Positions 19,750-30,777 of a DNA stretch of 64,000 bases are shown one piece after another. A model generated the notes under the pieces. The model saw nothing but the letters and a program-made list of their open reading frames with translations. It was not told the DNA's origin and did not search any database. The position numbers were made by a program, and so were the translations under genes. Position 1 is the first letter of the stretch. Every line of letters starts with the position of its first letter. The stretch comes from Verrucomicrobiia bacterium. GTDB lineage: Bacteria; Acidobacteriota; Polarisedimenticolia; Gp22-AA2. The stretch lies in contig DASRAU010000015.1 of assembly GCA_035638075.1 (NCBI GenBank), forward strand, positions 19,609-83,608, in the 5' to 3' direction.

Positions 19750-21000
19750 TTACAGCGCGGTGCGCAGCGCCTCGACCGGCTGCAGGCGCGAGGCCTTCAT
19801 CGCCGGGTAGAGCCCGTACAACACCCCGAGAACGACCGAGAGCCCGAGCGAGATCGAGATGGCGGTGAAGTGCAGGGGGAGTCCGCCCGGGAAGTGGCTC
19901 GTGACCGCGAGGATGGCGCCGATTCCCGCAAGCACTCCGAGGAGCCCGCCGATCAGCGACAGGATCGCCGACTCCGCCAGGAACTGCATGAAGATCTGGC
20001 CGTCGGTGGCGCCGAGCGACTTCCGGAGGCCGATCTCGTACAACCGCTCGCCGATGGAGATGAGCATCACCGACAGCAGACCGATGCCACCGACGAGGAG
20101 CGACACGCCGGCGATCGATCCGAGGACGATGTGCCAGTTGCGCAGGACCTTGGTGATCTCCTTGCGGACCTTCAGCATCTCCTCGGCGATGTTCTGCACC
20201 TTGAAGTCCTGCGCCCCGTGGTGCGCCAGCTGAAGCGACGCCTCGGCCTCGGAGCGCATGTCGGAGAGCTTGTCGGGATCAGCCGTCTTGACGGCCATGA
20301 AGGAGAGCGGCGCCTCGCTGCCCTGGTAATAGGCGCGCAGGGTCTCGAGCGGCAGGTAGAGCCCTTCCATCTCCTCGACGAAGTCGTCGTCGTTGATGAA
20401 GGAATTGCCGAGCTTGGCCCCGACACCGATGACCTTGAAGGCGCGGCCGTCCACCTGGATCCACTTGCCTACCGCATCCTCGACCCCGAACAGGCGACGC
20501 CAAAGCCGATGCCCCAGGACCGCCACCGGGGCGAAGGAATTCTCCTCGAGCGAGCTGAAGAAGCGCCCGCTTTCGATACGGCGCGAGCGCACGTCACTGT
20601 AGCTGGAGGTGACTCCCATCGTGCGGACGCGGCGCTCGCTGTTGCCGAGCCGCACCAGGGTCTCGGTGATGAGGGTCGGGGCGACCGAATCGACCGCGTT
20701 GCCGCGCGCCAGGAGGACGTCCCCGTCCTCGGGCTGCAGGCCCTTCGACCGGGCGAAGACCGCCTGCTCGCGCAGGTCGCGCGGGGGCCTCGTGACCACG
20801 TACATGACGCCGTCGAAGCCGAGATCCTTGAACCCGGACCAGACGGCGCTCGTCACCCCGTCGAGCAGCGACGTCATGAAGGTGATGGACAGCGTCCCGA
20901 GGATGATCCCGAGCAGCGTCAAGAGCGAGCGCAGCTTGTGGCTCCAGATCTCGACGAGCGAGGTGCGGACGCTCTCCTGGAGCCCGTCGAGCCGGATCAT
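19750..21000 (-). CDS. ABC transporter permease, FtsX/MacB family
   Basis: True start MIRLDGLQESVRTSLVEIWSHKLRSLLTLLGI at 21000 (ATGA overlap with the upstream stop). N-terminal TM, large periplasmic domain, C-terminal FtsX 3-TM bundle. Listed ORF 19750..21612 has a spurious extension. Confidence 0.8.
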   Translation of the reverse strand: MIRLDGLQESVRTSLVEIWSHKLRSLLTLLGIILGTLSITFMTSLLDGVTSAVWSGFKDLGFDGVMYVVTRPPRDLREQAVFARSKGLQPEDGDVLLARGNAVDSVAPTLITETLVRLGNSERRVRTMGVTSSYSDVRSRRIESGRFFSSLEENSFAPVAVLGHRLWRRLFGVEDAVGKWIQVDGRAFKVIGVGAKLGNSFINDDDFVEEMEGLYLPLETLRAYYQGSEAPLSFMAVKTADPDKLSDMRSEAEASLQLAHHGAQDFKVQNIAEEMLKVRKEITKVLRNWHIVLGSIAGVSLLVGGIGLLSVMLISIGERLYEIGLRKSLGATDGQIFMQFLAESAILSLIGGLLGVLAGIGAILAVTSHFPGGLPLHFTAISISLGLSVVLGVLYGLYPAMKASRLQPVEALRTAL

Positions 21001-22239
21001 TCGTACCTCAGCGCTTCGACCGGGTTGAGCCGCGCCGCCTTGATCGCCGGATAGAGGCCGAAGAACAGCCCGACCACGACGGAGGCGATGACCGAGACCA
21101 TCGCCATCTGCGGGGTGATCACGGCCGGCTGGCCGATGAGGGCCGTGATGCCGTTGGCGAAAAGGATCCCGATGGGCAGGCCGACCAGGCCGCCGATGGC
21201 CGTCACCAGCACCGACTCGACGAGGAACTGCAGCGCCACGTCGAGACCCCTGGCGCCGATCGCCTTGCGCACGCCGACCTCGCGGATGCGCTCGCGCAGC
21301 GAGGCCATCATGATGTTCATGATGACAATGCCGCCGACGAGCAGCGACAGGATGCCGGTGGCCAGGAAGATCAGGTCGAAGATCTGGCCCTCCTGCTGCT
21401 GCTGTTTCATCCGTTCCTTGCGGTCGATCACCTCGAAGTCCGGGACACCCTTGTGGCGGCGGGCCAGGACCTTGTTGATGGCCGCGACCGCCTTCTTGTT
21501 GTTCTCCACCTTGTCGACCATGACGTTGATGAAGCTCACCTTCTTGTCCGGGTCGCCGGTGAAGCGGGAGTAGAGCGCGGTGATGGGGATGATGGTCAGC
21601 CGGTTCATCCACTCGAGAGCGTTGCGGTCCCCCTCGTTGAAGTAGAACTCCTTGCGGCGCAGCACCCCGACGACGCGGAACCCGGCGTCGCCGATGTAGA
21701 GCGTCTTGCCGAGCGGGTCCTCGTTGCCGAAGTAGAGCCGCGCCGCCGAGTCGCCGAGGACCACGACGCGCGACATCTGGGCCAGGTCGTCGTCGATGAG
21801 GAAGCGGTCGCGCGCTGGGAAGAACTTGTAGACCGTTTGGTAGTCGGGGGTGGCGCCGGTGATCTCGCGCAGCTTCTGGTAGGTCGGGGTGCGGATGGTC
21901 TGCTCGTCCTCGGCGATCGGGTCCACCTGGGTGGCCATGGGGATCTCGCGCCGCAGCGCCTCCACGTCACCCCAGTCGAGGCCGTGGCTGTCGAGCATGG
22001 CGGCGGTCTGCACGCGCTCCTTGAGCGGCTTGTTGTGCACGAGGATCTTCTTCAGGCCGCCGAACTCGGAGAAGAACTTCAGCCCCTGCCGACGGCCGGC
22101 GTCCGACATCCCCTGCACCGCGACGAGCGACGCCACGCCGAGAATGACCCCGAGCGTCTGGAGGACGGTGCGGGCGCGGTTCACCCGGACCTCCACCAGG
22201 GCATCGACGATCGATTCGCGCAGGGTCACGGGGCGCCTT

Positions 22240-23016
<777 letters not shown>

Positions 23017-23017
23017 G

Positions 23018-24274
23018 CTACGACTCGTCGTCGACCTGGCGCGGACGAGTGGGGTTCTCGAGCGCCAGCTCGAGGTCCTTCTGGATGCCGTCGAGGATCT
23101 GCGCCCGCTCGAGGCTGACGACGCCGACCTTCACCGGACGCTCCTCGAAGTAGCGCTGCCAGACTTCGGACACGTCGTACTTGTCCGCCTTGGTCTTGCG
23201 CGGCTTCTTGGTGTCCCCGGCCTTCGGCTCGTCGAAGGTGGACTTGAGGACGTAGACGACCTCCCTGCCGTCCTTCTTGAAGATCGCCTCGACCGGCACC
23301 GACATGGCCTTGTCGACGCGCTCGCCGCGCACCTCGATGTTGGCGGTCATGCCGGCGCGGAAGTCGGGCACCTGGTCCTTCAGCGTCACCTCGGTGTCGA
23401 ACACCTTGATCTTCTCCTTCAGGTGCGCCGCGGGGGAGATGTGGCTCACCGTGCCCTCGAACTTGCGGTAGGGGAACGCGTCCACCGTGATGACGACCGG
23501 GGCGTGCAGGCGCACGCGGCCGATGTCCACCTCGTTGATGCTCGCCTTGATGAGCATGTCGCCGACGTCCGCGACGGTGTAGATCGCGGTCCCCTCGTTG
23601 AACGACGAGACACCCGACATGACGGTCTGGCCGATCTCGACGTTCTTGTGGATGACATACCCGTCCATCGGGGAGACGATGTTGATGCGCTGCGTCGTCG
23701 AGATCGGGCGGTCGAGCGGCACGCCGCTCTCCACCACGATGCGCATCTTGGTCTTCGCCGCGTCGAGATCCTCGAGGGTGGTGTCGAACTTGAGCTGGTA
23801 GTCCTTGAGGATCTGGTCGGAGAGCAGCCCCTCCTCGTACAGCTTCCGGTTCATCTCGAGGTTGCGCTTCGCGTCGCGCTGGTTCAGTTCGGCCATGTTG
23901 AGGCCGGAGCGCACCTGCGACAGCGTCTGCGCCTGGTTGACGTCCGGCTCGATGCGCGCGAGGACCTGGCCTTTCTGCACCCGGTCCCCCTCGCGCACCA
24001 GCAGGTCGGTGACCTCGCCCGACAGGGTCGACTTCACGTCGACCTTCACGACCGGCTCGATGGTGCCGACCTCGTTCACCGCCACCTGGATGTCGGCCAC
24101 TTCCGACCGTCCCAGGCGGATGTCGAGGTCCTCGCCCGTCATGCCGTTGCGCGTCTTGGCGTCCCCGCGCGTGATGAAGAACAGGGCGACCAGCACGGCC
24201 ACGGCCAGAAGCGGCAGCCCGAACCACAGGAGAGGACGGCGCCGGCGGGCTTTCGGACGGGCTTTTTCGCTCAT
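23018..24274 (-). CDS. HlyD/MacA-family membrane fusion protein (efflux periplasmic adaptor)
   Basis: Start at MSEKARPKARRRRPLLWFGLPLLAVAVLV (TM anchor). Coiled-coil and biotinyl-lipoyl-like segments (VTDLLVREGDRVQKGQVLARIE) and a beta-barrel domain. First gene of the 4-gene efflux operon on the minus strand. Confidence 0.8.
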   Translation of the reverse strand: MSEKARPKARRRRPLLWFGLPLLAVAVLVALFFITRGDAKTRNGMTGEDLDIRLGRSEVADIQVAVNEVGTIEPVVKVDVKSTLSGEVTDLLVREGDRVQKGQVLARIEPDVNQAQTLSQVRSGLNMAELNQRDAKRNLEMNRKLYEEGLLSDQILKDYQLKFDTTLEDLDAAKTKMRIVVESGVPLDRPISTTQRINIVSPMDGYVIHKNVEIGQTVMSGVSSFNEGTAIYTVADVGDMLIKASINEVDIGRVRLHAPVVITVDAFPYRKFEGTVSHISPAAHLKEKIKVFDTEVTLKDQVPDFRAGMTANIEVRGERVDKAMSVPVEAIFKKDGREVVYVLKSTFDEPKAGDTKKPRKTKADKYDVSEVWQRYFEERPVKVGVVSLERAQILDGIQKDLELALENPTRPRQVDDES

Positions 24275-24506
24275 GACTCGGTCTCCAGGGCGATGGCTCG
24301 GCGGTCGGTTGCGGGGAAGGCTCAGTATATCGCGGCTGTTGTGTCCCCCGACGTCGGCTGACACCCGAGCATTACGACGGTTCCGGGAATGGAGTTCCCG
24401 CGATCGGGATCCCTTGCCGGAAGCGGTCCGGGCGCCTAGATTGGCCCCACCGCGCCCGGAGAGCCGCGACCGCAGGGGAACGTCACACCCCTGTCACGAG
24501 GCCGGC

Positions 24507-26069
24507 ATGCTGGCGCGCCTGCAGTCCTTCACCCTCCTCGGGATCGAGGCGATCCCCCTCACCATCGAATGCGACATCAGCGGCGGACTGCCGGGGATCC
24601 ACACCGTCGGCCTGCCCGACGCCGCCGTGCGCGAGAGCGCCGAGCGGATCCGGTCGGCGCTGCGGCACTCCGGCTGCGACCTGCCGGCGCGCCGCATCAC
24701 CATCAGCCTGGCGCCGGCCGATCTGCGCAAGCAGGGATCGGCGCTCGATCTGCCGATCGCGCTCGGCATCGTGGTCGCGGCGGGGGACGCCCCCGCCGGG
24801 CGACTGGAGGGGATGCTCGTCGCCGGCGAGCTGGGGCTCGACGGAGAGGTGCGTCCGGTGCGCGGCATCCTGACGGCGACGCTTCTGGCCCGCGGCCTGG
24901 CGCTGCGGCAGGTGATCGTCCCCGAGGCGAACGTCGCCGAGGCGGAGGCTCCGGGCGGCCCCGAGGTGATCGGCGTGGCGACGCTCGCGGATGCGCTCGC
25001 GGTGCTGCGCGGCGGCCGTCCCGCGCGCGAGTCCCTGCGGCGCCCGGCGGCTCCGGCGTCCGGCGGCGTCGTTCCGGACCTCGCCGACGTGCGCGGACAG
25101 GCGCAGGCGCGCCGCGCGCTCGAAGTCGCGGCGGCGGGCGGCCATCACCTCCTGATGATCGGGCCTCCCGGGTGCGGCAAGAGCATGCTGGCCCGGCGGC
25201 TCCCCGGAATCCTGCCGCCGCTCCTGCCGGACGAGGCGATCGAGGCGAGCAGCATCCACAGCGCGGCGGGACTCCTGGCCGCGGGGCGCCTGATCGAAAG
25301 GCGTCCGTTCCGGGCGCCGCACCACACCATCAGCGGCGTGGGGCTCGTCGGCGGCGGCCGCGGCCCACGCCCCGGGGAGATCACGCTGGCGCACCACGGC
25401 GTGCTGTTCCTCGACGAGCTGCCGGAGTTCGGCCGCGCCACCCTCGACGTCCTCCGGCAGCCGATGGAGCAGGGAGAGGTCCTCATCAACCGGGAGAACC
25501 GGACGCTGAGCATGCCGGCACGGGCCATGCTCGTGGCGGCGATGAATCCCTGCGTCTGCGGCAGGTGGGGGAGCGAGGACCGGCCGTGCGGCTGCACGCC
25601 GGCCATGGTCGCGCGCTACCGGGAGCGGGTCTCCGGACCGCTGATGGACCGGTTCGACCTCCAGGTGGCGCTGTCCGCGGTCCCGGCCCGGGCGATGCGG
25701 TCCGGCGCGTCGGCCGGCGAGGACAGCCGGACGGTGGCCGGGCGGGTCATCGCCTGCCGGGAGCGCCAGAAGGCACGCTTCGGCGACGCCCGTGCGACGA
25801 ACGCCACCATGGCCCCCGGCGAGCTGCGGCGGCACGCCGACCCGGGGGAAGCCGGCCGGCGGCTGCTGGAGGCGGCGATGAGCCGCCTGCGGCTCTCGGC
25901 CCGGAGCCACGACGCCGTCCTGCGCGTCGCCCGCACCCTGGCCGACCTGGAAGGGCGCGAGGCCATCGGCGCCGAGCACGTCGCCGAGGCCATCCAGTAT
26001 CGCAACCTCGACCGCTTCGCCGCTCCCGTCCTGGGCGACCGGCCGTCCGCCCCGGCCCCGGAGGGGTGA
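24507..26069 (+). CDS. comM: YifB/ComM family Mg-chelatase-like AAA+ ATPase
   Basis: Start MLARLQSFTLLGIEAIPLTIEC. Lon-like N-domain, Walker A GPPGCGKS, GVLFLDELPEF, and the Cys cluster NPCVCGRWGSEDRPCGC typical of ComM/YifB. Confidence 0.85.
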   Translation: MLARLQSFTLLGIEAIPLTIECDISGGLPGIHTVGLPDAAVRESAERIRSALRHSGCDLPARRITISLAPADLRKQGSALDLPIALGIVVAAGDAPAGRLEGMLVAGELGLDGEVRPVRGILTATLLARGLALRQVIVPEANVAEAEAPGGPEVIGVATLADALAVLRGGRPARESLRRPAAPASGGVVPDLADVRGQAQARRALEVAAAGGHHLLMIGPPGCGKSMLARRLPGILPPLLPDEAIEASSIHSAAGLLAAGRLIERRPFRAPHHTISGVGLVGGGRGPRPGEITLAHHGVLFLDELPEFGRATLDVLRQPMEQGEVLINRENRTLSMPARAMLVAAMNPCVCGRWGSEDRPCGCTPAMVARYRERVSGPLMDRFDLQVALSAVPARAMRSGASAGEDSRTVAGRVIACRERQKARFGDARATNATMAPGELRRHADPGEAGRRLLEAAMSRLRLSARSHDAVLRVARTLADLEGREAIGAEHVAEAIQYRNLDRFAAPVLGDRPSAPAPEG

Positions 26070-26073
26070 TCAG

Positions 26074-26105
26074 CCCCCTGTGGGTCTTGCGTTTTCCACA
26101 GGGGG
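26074..26105. terminator. perfect 10-bp inverted repeat hairpin (CCCCCTGTGG-N12-CCACAGGGGG) just after comM stop
   Basis: Seen directly in the sequence. No T-run follows (GTGTAGAAAAACC). Candidate intrinsic terminator or regulatory stem-loop ahead of the STAS gene. Confidence 0.45.
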
Positions 26106-26205
26106 GGTGTAGAAAAACCAGTGTCCTGCCGCTTTCTTGGTCCCGGGCTCTTAGGGAACGCCTCGGTGGTGGTCTTTCAGGCAGTTTCTCTCAAGGGGGG
26201 ATTAG

Positions 26206-26574
26206 ATGAAGGCACTCTTCTGGCTCAGACGCCACGGTCGCTGCAAAATCCAGCGCAAGACGATGGGGGATTGGCAGGTCATTGAAGTGACCGGCCGCTT
26301 CGCGGCCGGCGAACCCGAACAGGCTTTCCACAAAGAGGTCGATTCACTGCTCGGATCCGGCGCCCGCCGGGTGGTGGTCGATCTGACCCGGTCTCATCTT
26401 TCAGACGAAAGCGTCGCCAGCGCCTCCCAGGCCGCCTACCACAAGGCCAAGTCGCAGGGGACGGACATGCGCTTCGTGGTGATGCCCGGTCGGGCCGGCG
26501 GTTTCTATCACATGGCCGGCCTGGAACTGGCCATTCCGACGTACCACCGGCTCGGCGGCGCCATCGAGTTCTAG
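26206..26574 (+). CDS. STAS-domain protein (divergent anti-sigma-factor antagonist-like)
   Basis: WQVIEVTGRF...VVVDLTRSHLSDESVAS follows the STAS fold pattern, but the canonical DSSG phospho-Ser motif is degenerate. Strong SD (AAGGGGGG) before the ATG at 26206. An alternative start lies at 26263. Confidence 0.55.
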   Translation: MKALFWLRRHGRCKIQRKTMGDWQVIEVTGRFAAGEPEQAFHKEVDSLLGSGARRVVVDLTRSHLSDESVASASQAAYHKAKSQGTDMRFVVMPGRAGGFYHMAGLELAIPTYHRLGGAIEF

Positions 26575-26797
26575 CCGGTCCGCCGCGTCCGGCCGGTAGG
26601 CACCACACCGGAGTCACCGCCTCGCCTGCCGACGCCCGCGGGTCCACCGCGGCGCTCCCTCCCTGTGTGTCGGGACGGCCGATTGACACCTTCGAGACCC
26701 TTTGGCTACGATCCCGGGTCGCTCCGAAACAATGCGCTGACGCAGGGCCGGCCGGCGGAGACACCGCGGGCGCGGCCGGGGCTGTGGAGAGGATTCG

Positions 26798-27250
26798 GTG
26801 GGCCAGACGGTCAAGCTGAAACTCAACAGCCGCATCACGTACGTCGATCTCGTCCACCAGATGACCGAGGAGATGGCGCGCAAGTGCCGTTTCCCCAAGC
26901 CGGCGGCGCTCGACCTGGCGCTGGCGGTGCGGGAGGCGTTCATCAACGCCGTCAAGCACGGCAACGGCATGGACGAGGCCAAGCAGGTCGAAGTCGAGTT
27001 CGAGCGCAACGCCAGCCGCTTCCTCGTTTCCATCCGGGATGAGGGGAACGGCTTCGATCCGACGCTGACCGCCGACCCGCGCGCCGCGGAGAACCTGGAG
27101 CGAACCTCCGGCCGCGGGATATTCTTCATGAAGAGCTTCGTGGACGAGGTCTCGTTCCAGCGCCGGCCGGGCCGGGGCATGGAAGTGCTGCTCGTGAAAA
27201 ACCTGGCCCCTCCGGCCAAGCGCACGGAGGAACCTGGAGGCGATCAATGA
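26798..27250 (+). CDS. anti-sigma regulatory factor / Ser-protein kinase (RsbW/SpoIIAB-like, GHKL ATPase)
   Basis: GTG start. EAFINAVKHGN (N-box) and RDEGNGFDP (G1-box) are typical of the HATPase_c domain of RsbW-like kinases. Confidence 0.75.
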   Translation: MGQTVKLKLNSRITYVDLVHQMTEEMARKCRFPKPAALDLALAVREAFINAVKHGNGMDEAKQVEVEFERNASRFLVSIRDEGNGFDPTLTADPRAAENLERTSGRGIFFMKSFVDEVSFQRRPGRGMEVLLVKNLAPPAKRTEEPGGDQ

Positions 27251-27582
27251 AGGCGAGTGTCCGGCATCACGGGAAGGTGACGGTGGTCGATCTGTCCGGA
27301 AAGATCACCATCGGCGACGGCGACATCAAGCTGCGCGAGGCGGTGAACGCCCTGCTCGACGAAGGGCGCAAGGCGGTCATCCTGAACCTCAACGGGGTGT
27401 CGTACATGGACAGCGCCGGCATCGGGGAGCTCGTGGCCTGCTACAAGCGGGCCGCGGAGAAGGGGGCGAAGCTGAAGCTCCTGAACCCCGGAGGCAAAGT
27501 CCAGGACCTGCTGATCCTGACGCGCCTCCAGGAGATCTTCGAGATCTACCGCGACGAGCGCGAGGCGCTCACCAGCTTCTAG
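27247..27582 (+). CDS. STAS-domain anti-sigma-factor antagonist (RsbV/SpoIIAA-like)
   Basis: 111 aa. VVDLSGKITIGDGD...LNLNGVSYMDSAGIGELV carries the canonical phosphorylatable Ser in DSAG. Start overlaps the kinase stop (ATGA). Confidence 0.8.
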   Translation: MKASVRHHGKVTVVDLSGKITIGDGDIKLREAVNALLDEGRKAVILNLNGVSYMDSAGIGELVACYKRAAEKGAKLKLLNPGGKVQDLLILTRLQEIFEIYRDEREALTSF

Positions 27583-30317
27583 TCGCCCCGGAGTTTGTGC
27601 TGCAGGGTGGCCAGAAGGTTCAGGGCGTCGAGGGGCGTCAAGCCTTCCACCGGCGCGTCGCGAAGCTCCTTCAGGACGGGGTGTTCGCCGGGGGAGAAGA
27701 GGCCGAGTTGTTCGGGTGAGGTGGCGCGATCCGCCTTGGCATCGGCGCCGTCACCGTGGCGGGCGAGCTTGGGGCGGCCGTCGCCTTCGAGCTCGTCGCG
27801 TTCGAGGTTGGCGAGGACTTCGCGGGCGCGGGCCAGGACCGCTTCCGGGAGGCCGGCGAGGCGCGCCACCTGGATGCCATAGGAGCGATCGGCGGCGCCG
27901 TCCACGACCTTCCGCAGGAAGACGATCTGGTCGTTCCACTCCCGCACCAGCATCTTCATGTTGCGCACCCGGGGCTTGGTCAGGGCCAGCTCGGTCAGCT
28001 CGTGGTAATGCGTGGCGAAGAGCGTGCGGGCGGCGACCGCCGGCTGGTCGTGCAGGTGCTCGGCGACCGACCATGCGATCGACAGGCCGTCGAAGGTCGC
28101 CGTGCCGCGTCCCACCTCGTCGAGGAGCAGGAGCGACCGCGGCGTGGCGTTGTTGAGGATGTTGGCGGTCTCGTTCATCTCGACGAGGAAGGTGCTCTGG
28201 CCGCGGGCGAGATTGTCCGACGCGCCGACGCGGCTGAAGATGCGATCGACGAGACCGATGCGGGCCTCCGCGGCGGGCACGAACGAGCCGCTCTGCCCCA
28301 GGAGCACGATGAGCGCGACCTGGCGCAGGTAGGTCGATTTTCCTCCCATGTTCGGTCCTGTCAGGATGAGAATCTGCCGCTCGGCGGTGTCGAGATGGCA
28401 GTCGTTGGGCACGAAGCGATCGCCGACCAGGCGCCGCTCCACCACCGGGTGCCGGCCTTCGGAGATGGCGAGGCAGGTCGAGGTGTCGAGGGTGGGCCGG
28501 GTCCAGCCCTGCTCCTGCGCCGTCTCGGCGAGCGAGCGCAGCGCGTCCACCGTGGCCACGACCGCGGCGGTCGCCTTGAGCCGCGCCGCTTCTGAGGCGA
28601 CGGCATCGCGCAGCCCGACGAAGGCGGCGTACTCGATCTCCGCCAGCCGCTCCGCCGCCGTCAGCACGCGGTGCTCGAGGTCCTTCAGCTCCGGCGTGAT
28701 GTAGCGCTCCGCGCCGACCAGGGTCTGCTTGCGCTCGTAGTCGGCCGGCACCCGCGCCCGGTGGGCGTTGCCGACCTCGAGGTAATAGCCGAAGACCTTG
28801 TTGTAGCGGACCTTCAGCGAGCCGATCCCGGTCCGCTCGCGCTCGCGCGCCTCGATCTGGAGGAGAACCCCCTGGCCGTCGCGCCGCAGCGCGCGCAGGC
28901 CGTCCGCTTCGGCGTCGAACCCGTCGCGCAGGAGTCCCGCCTCGCGCACGCTCACCGGCGGGTCGTCTGCGAGCGCCGAGGCCAGGAGCGCGTGCAACTC
29001 CGGAAGTGCGTCGAGTCCGCCGAGCAGGCGCGTCAGCAGGGGAGCGGCGAGGCCGGCGGCGCGGGACGCCAGCGCCGGCAGCGCCGCCAGGGAGTCGCGC
29101 AGCGCCACGAGGTCGCGGGCGTTGGCGGTGCCGAGGGCGGCGCGGGCGAGCAGGCGCTCGAGGTCGTGGACACGGTCGAGGTGGTCGCCGAGGGCGTCGC
29201 GCTCCGCGGGTCGCGAGGCCAGCTCCGCCACCGCTTCGAGCCGTGATTCGATCGCCTCGACCTCCACGAGCGGGCGCAGGAGCCAGTCGCGCAGCATGCG
29301 CCCGCCGGCCGAGGTGCGCGTGCGGTCCACCACGTCCAGAAGCGTGCCGTCCCGGCCGCCGTCGCGGGCGTTCTCGACGATCTCGAGTGTGCGGCGGGTG
29401 GCGGCGTCGAGATTCATCGCGCCGCCGCTCTCGTGCCAGACCACCCGCACCACGTGGCGCAGGTCGGTCTTCTGCGTGTCCTGCAGGTGCGCCAGAAGCG
29501 CGCCGGCGGCGGAGATCGCCAGGTCCTTCCCTTCGACGCCGAACCCTTCGAGCGACGCGGTCCCGAACCGCCGCAGCAGGGTCGAGCGCGCCCCGTCGCG
29601 TGCGAAGCGCCACGACGGCACGACCGTCAGCCGCGGCGGGCCCTCCCGGTCGCCCCACAGCCACGCCGGCGCCTCGCCCCCCTCGCGCACGACGATTTCG
29701 CGGGGTCCGAACGAGGCGAGATGTTCGACGAGCGCCGTGCGGGCGTCGCGCCCACGGTGCTCGGAGACGCGGAACTCCCCGGTCGAGAGGTCGAGCAGGG
29801 CGGCGCCGAAAGCGGCTTCCTTCCTGGGCGGCGCCGCGGCCGCGTCGCCTGCCCTTTCTGCCGCCGCGGCGGCCTCGTCCTGCCCGGCCGGCGCCGCCGG
29901 CGCGCCGAAGGCGACGGCGGCGATGAAGGAGGGCTCGCGGGCGGGCAGGTGCGCCGGATCCGTGAGCGTGCCGGGGGAGACGACGCGCGTCACCTCGCGC
30001 CTCACGATGCCCTTGGCCTGCCTGGGATCCTCGACCTGGTCGCAGATGGCGACCCGGTGACCGCCGTGGACCAGGCGCGCGATGTAGCCGTCGGCGGCGT
30101 GGTAGGGAACGCCGCACATCGGCGCCTCGGCGGCGGTGCCGCGGCCGCGGGCGGTGAGCGTCAGCGCCAGCGCCTTGCTCGCCACCAGCGCGTCATCGAA
30201 GAACATCTCGTAGAAGTCGCCGAGACGGAACATCAGGATCGCGTCGGGATGCTCCGCCTTCACCTGCCGGTACTGGCGGAGCATCGGCGTCAGCGCGTCC
30301 ATGCGTCTCCTTGACAA
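27579..30317 (-). CDS. mutS: DNA mismatch repair protein MutS
   Basis: 912 aa. N-terminal mismatch-binding motif (TPMLRQY...GDFYEMFFDDA), Walker A TGPNMGGKST, and the ...HYHELT C-terminal region. Contains an Ala-rich insertion. Confidence 0.9.
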   Translation of the reverse strand: MSRRRMDALTPMLRQYRQVKAEHPDAILMFRLGDFYEMFFDDALVASKALALTLTARGRGTAAEAPMCGVPYHAADGYIARLVHGGHRVAICDQVEDPRQAKGIVRREVTRVVSPGTLTDPAHLPAREPSFIAAVAFGAPAAPAGQDEAAAAAERAGDAAAAPPRKEAAFGAALLDLSTGEFRVSEHRGRDARTALVEHLASFGPREIVVREGGEAPAWLWGDREGPPRLTVVPSWRFARDGARSTLLRRFGTASLEGFGVEGKDLAISAAGALLAHLQDTQKTDLRHVVRVVWHESGGAMNLDAATRRTLEIVENARDGGRDGTLLDVVDRTRTSAGGRMLRDWLLRPLVEVEAIESRLEAVAELASRPAERDALGDHLDRVHDLERLLARAALGTANARDLVALRDSLAALPALASRAAGLAAPLLTRLLGGLDALPELHALLASALADDPPVSVREAGLLRDGFDAEADGLRALRRDGQGVLLQIEARERERTGIGSLKVRYNKVFGYYLEVGNAHRARVPADYERKQTLVGAERYITPELKDLEHRVLTAAERLAEIEYAAFVGLRDAVASEAARLKATAAVVATVDALRSLAETAQEQGWTRPTLDTSTCLAISEGRHPVVERRLVGDRFVPNDCHLDTAERQILILTGPNMGGKSTYLRQVALIVLLGQSGSFVPAAEARIGLVDRIFSRVGASDNLARGQSTFLVEMNETANILNNATPRSLLLLDEVGRGTATFDGLSIAWSVAEHLHDQPAVAARTLFATHYHELTELALTKPRVRNMKMLVREWNDQIVFLRKVVDGAADRSYGIQVARLAGLPEAVLARAREVLANLERDELEGDGRPKLARHGDGADAKADRATSPEQLGLFSPGEHPVLKELRDAPVEGLTPLDALNLLATLQHKLRGD

Positions 30318-30383
30318 CCCAGGGGCCGGCCATTATAAACGCCGCGCCGCGCCGTTCTTCGCGCGCGCACGAGCGAAAAACGC

Positions 30384-30764
30384 ATGGAACCCGAACCGCT
30401 CCCCGCCGAGGAAGCCACCGTCACCCCGGACGATCTCGACGAAGAGGACAAGGTGATGCTCGTCCTCTCGTATCTCTGGGTGCTGGCGCTCGTCCCCTTC
30501 ATGGTGTCGCGGCGCGAGTTCGTCCGCTGGCACGCGCGCCAGGGGCTGCTCCTGTGCGGGCTGGCGGGCGTGGTCTTCTTCGGCGTCATCGTCGTCGGCG
30601 CCATCCTCTCCACCCTCACCAAGGTGTTCGCCTGGCTGTTCGGCTTCGCGCTCCTCAACCTCATCTTCCTGTACATGGCGCTGGCGCTCGTCTGCATGAT
30701 CAAGGCGATGCGCGGCGAACGGTGGGCCATCCCGTTCCTCGGCGACCTGGTCGAGCGGATCTAG
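30384..30764 (+). CDS. small membrane protein, DUF4870-like
   Basis: 126 aa. Acidic N-terminus followed by three TM segments (LVLSYLWVLALVPFMV ... FVRWHARQGLLL). Confidence 0.55.
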   Translation: MEPEPLPAEEATVTPDDLDEEDKVMLVLSYLWVLALVPFMVSRREFVRWHARQGLLLCGLAGVVFFGVIVVGAILSTLTKVFAWLFGFALLNLIFLYMALALVCMIKAMRGERWAIPFLGDLVERI

Positions 30765-30777
30765 GAAACCCCGGCGT

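Noticed and set aside
26575-26797. Possible small gene or sigma factor in the 220-nt gap inside the partner-switching module
   Set aside because: No ORF over 40 codons with a plausible composition is present. The region is kept as a non-coding candidate only.
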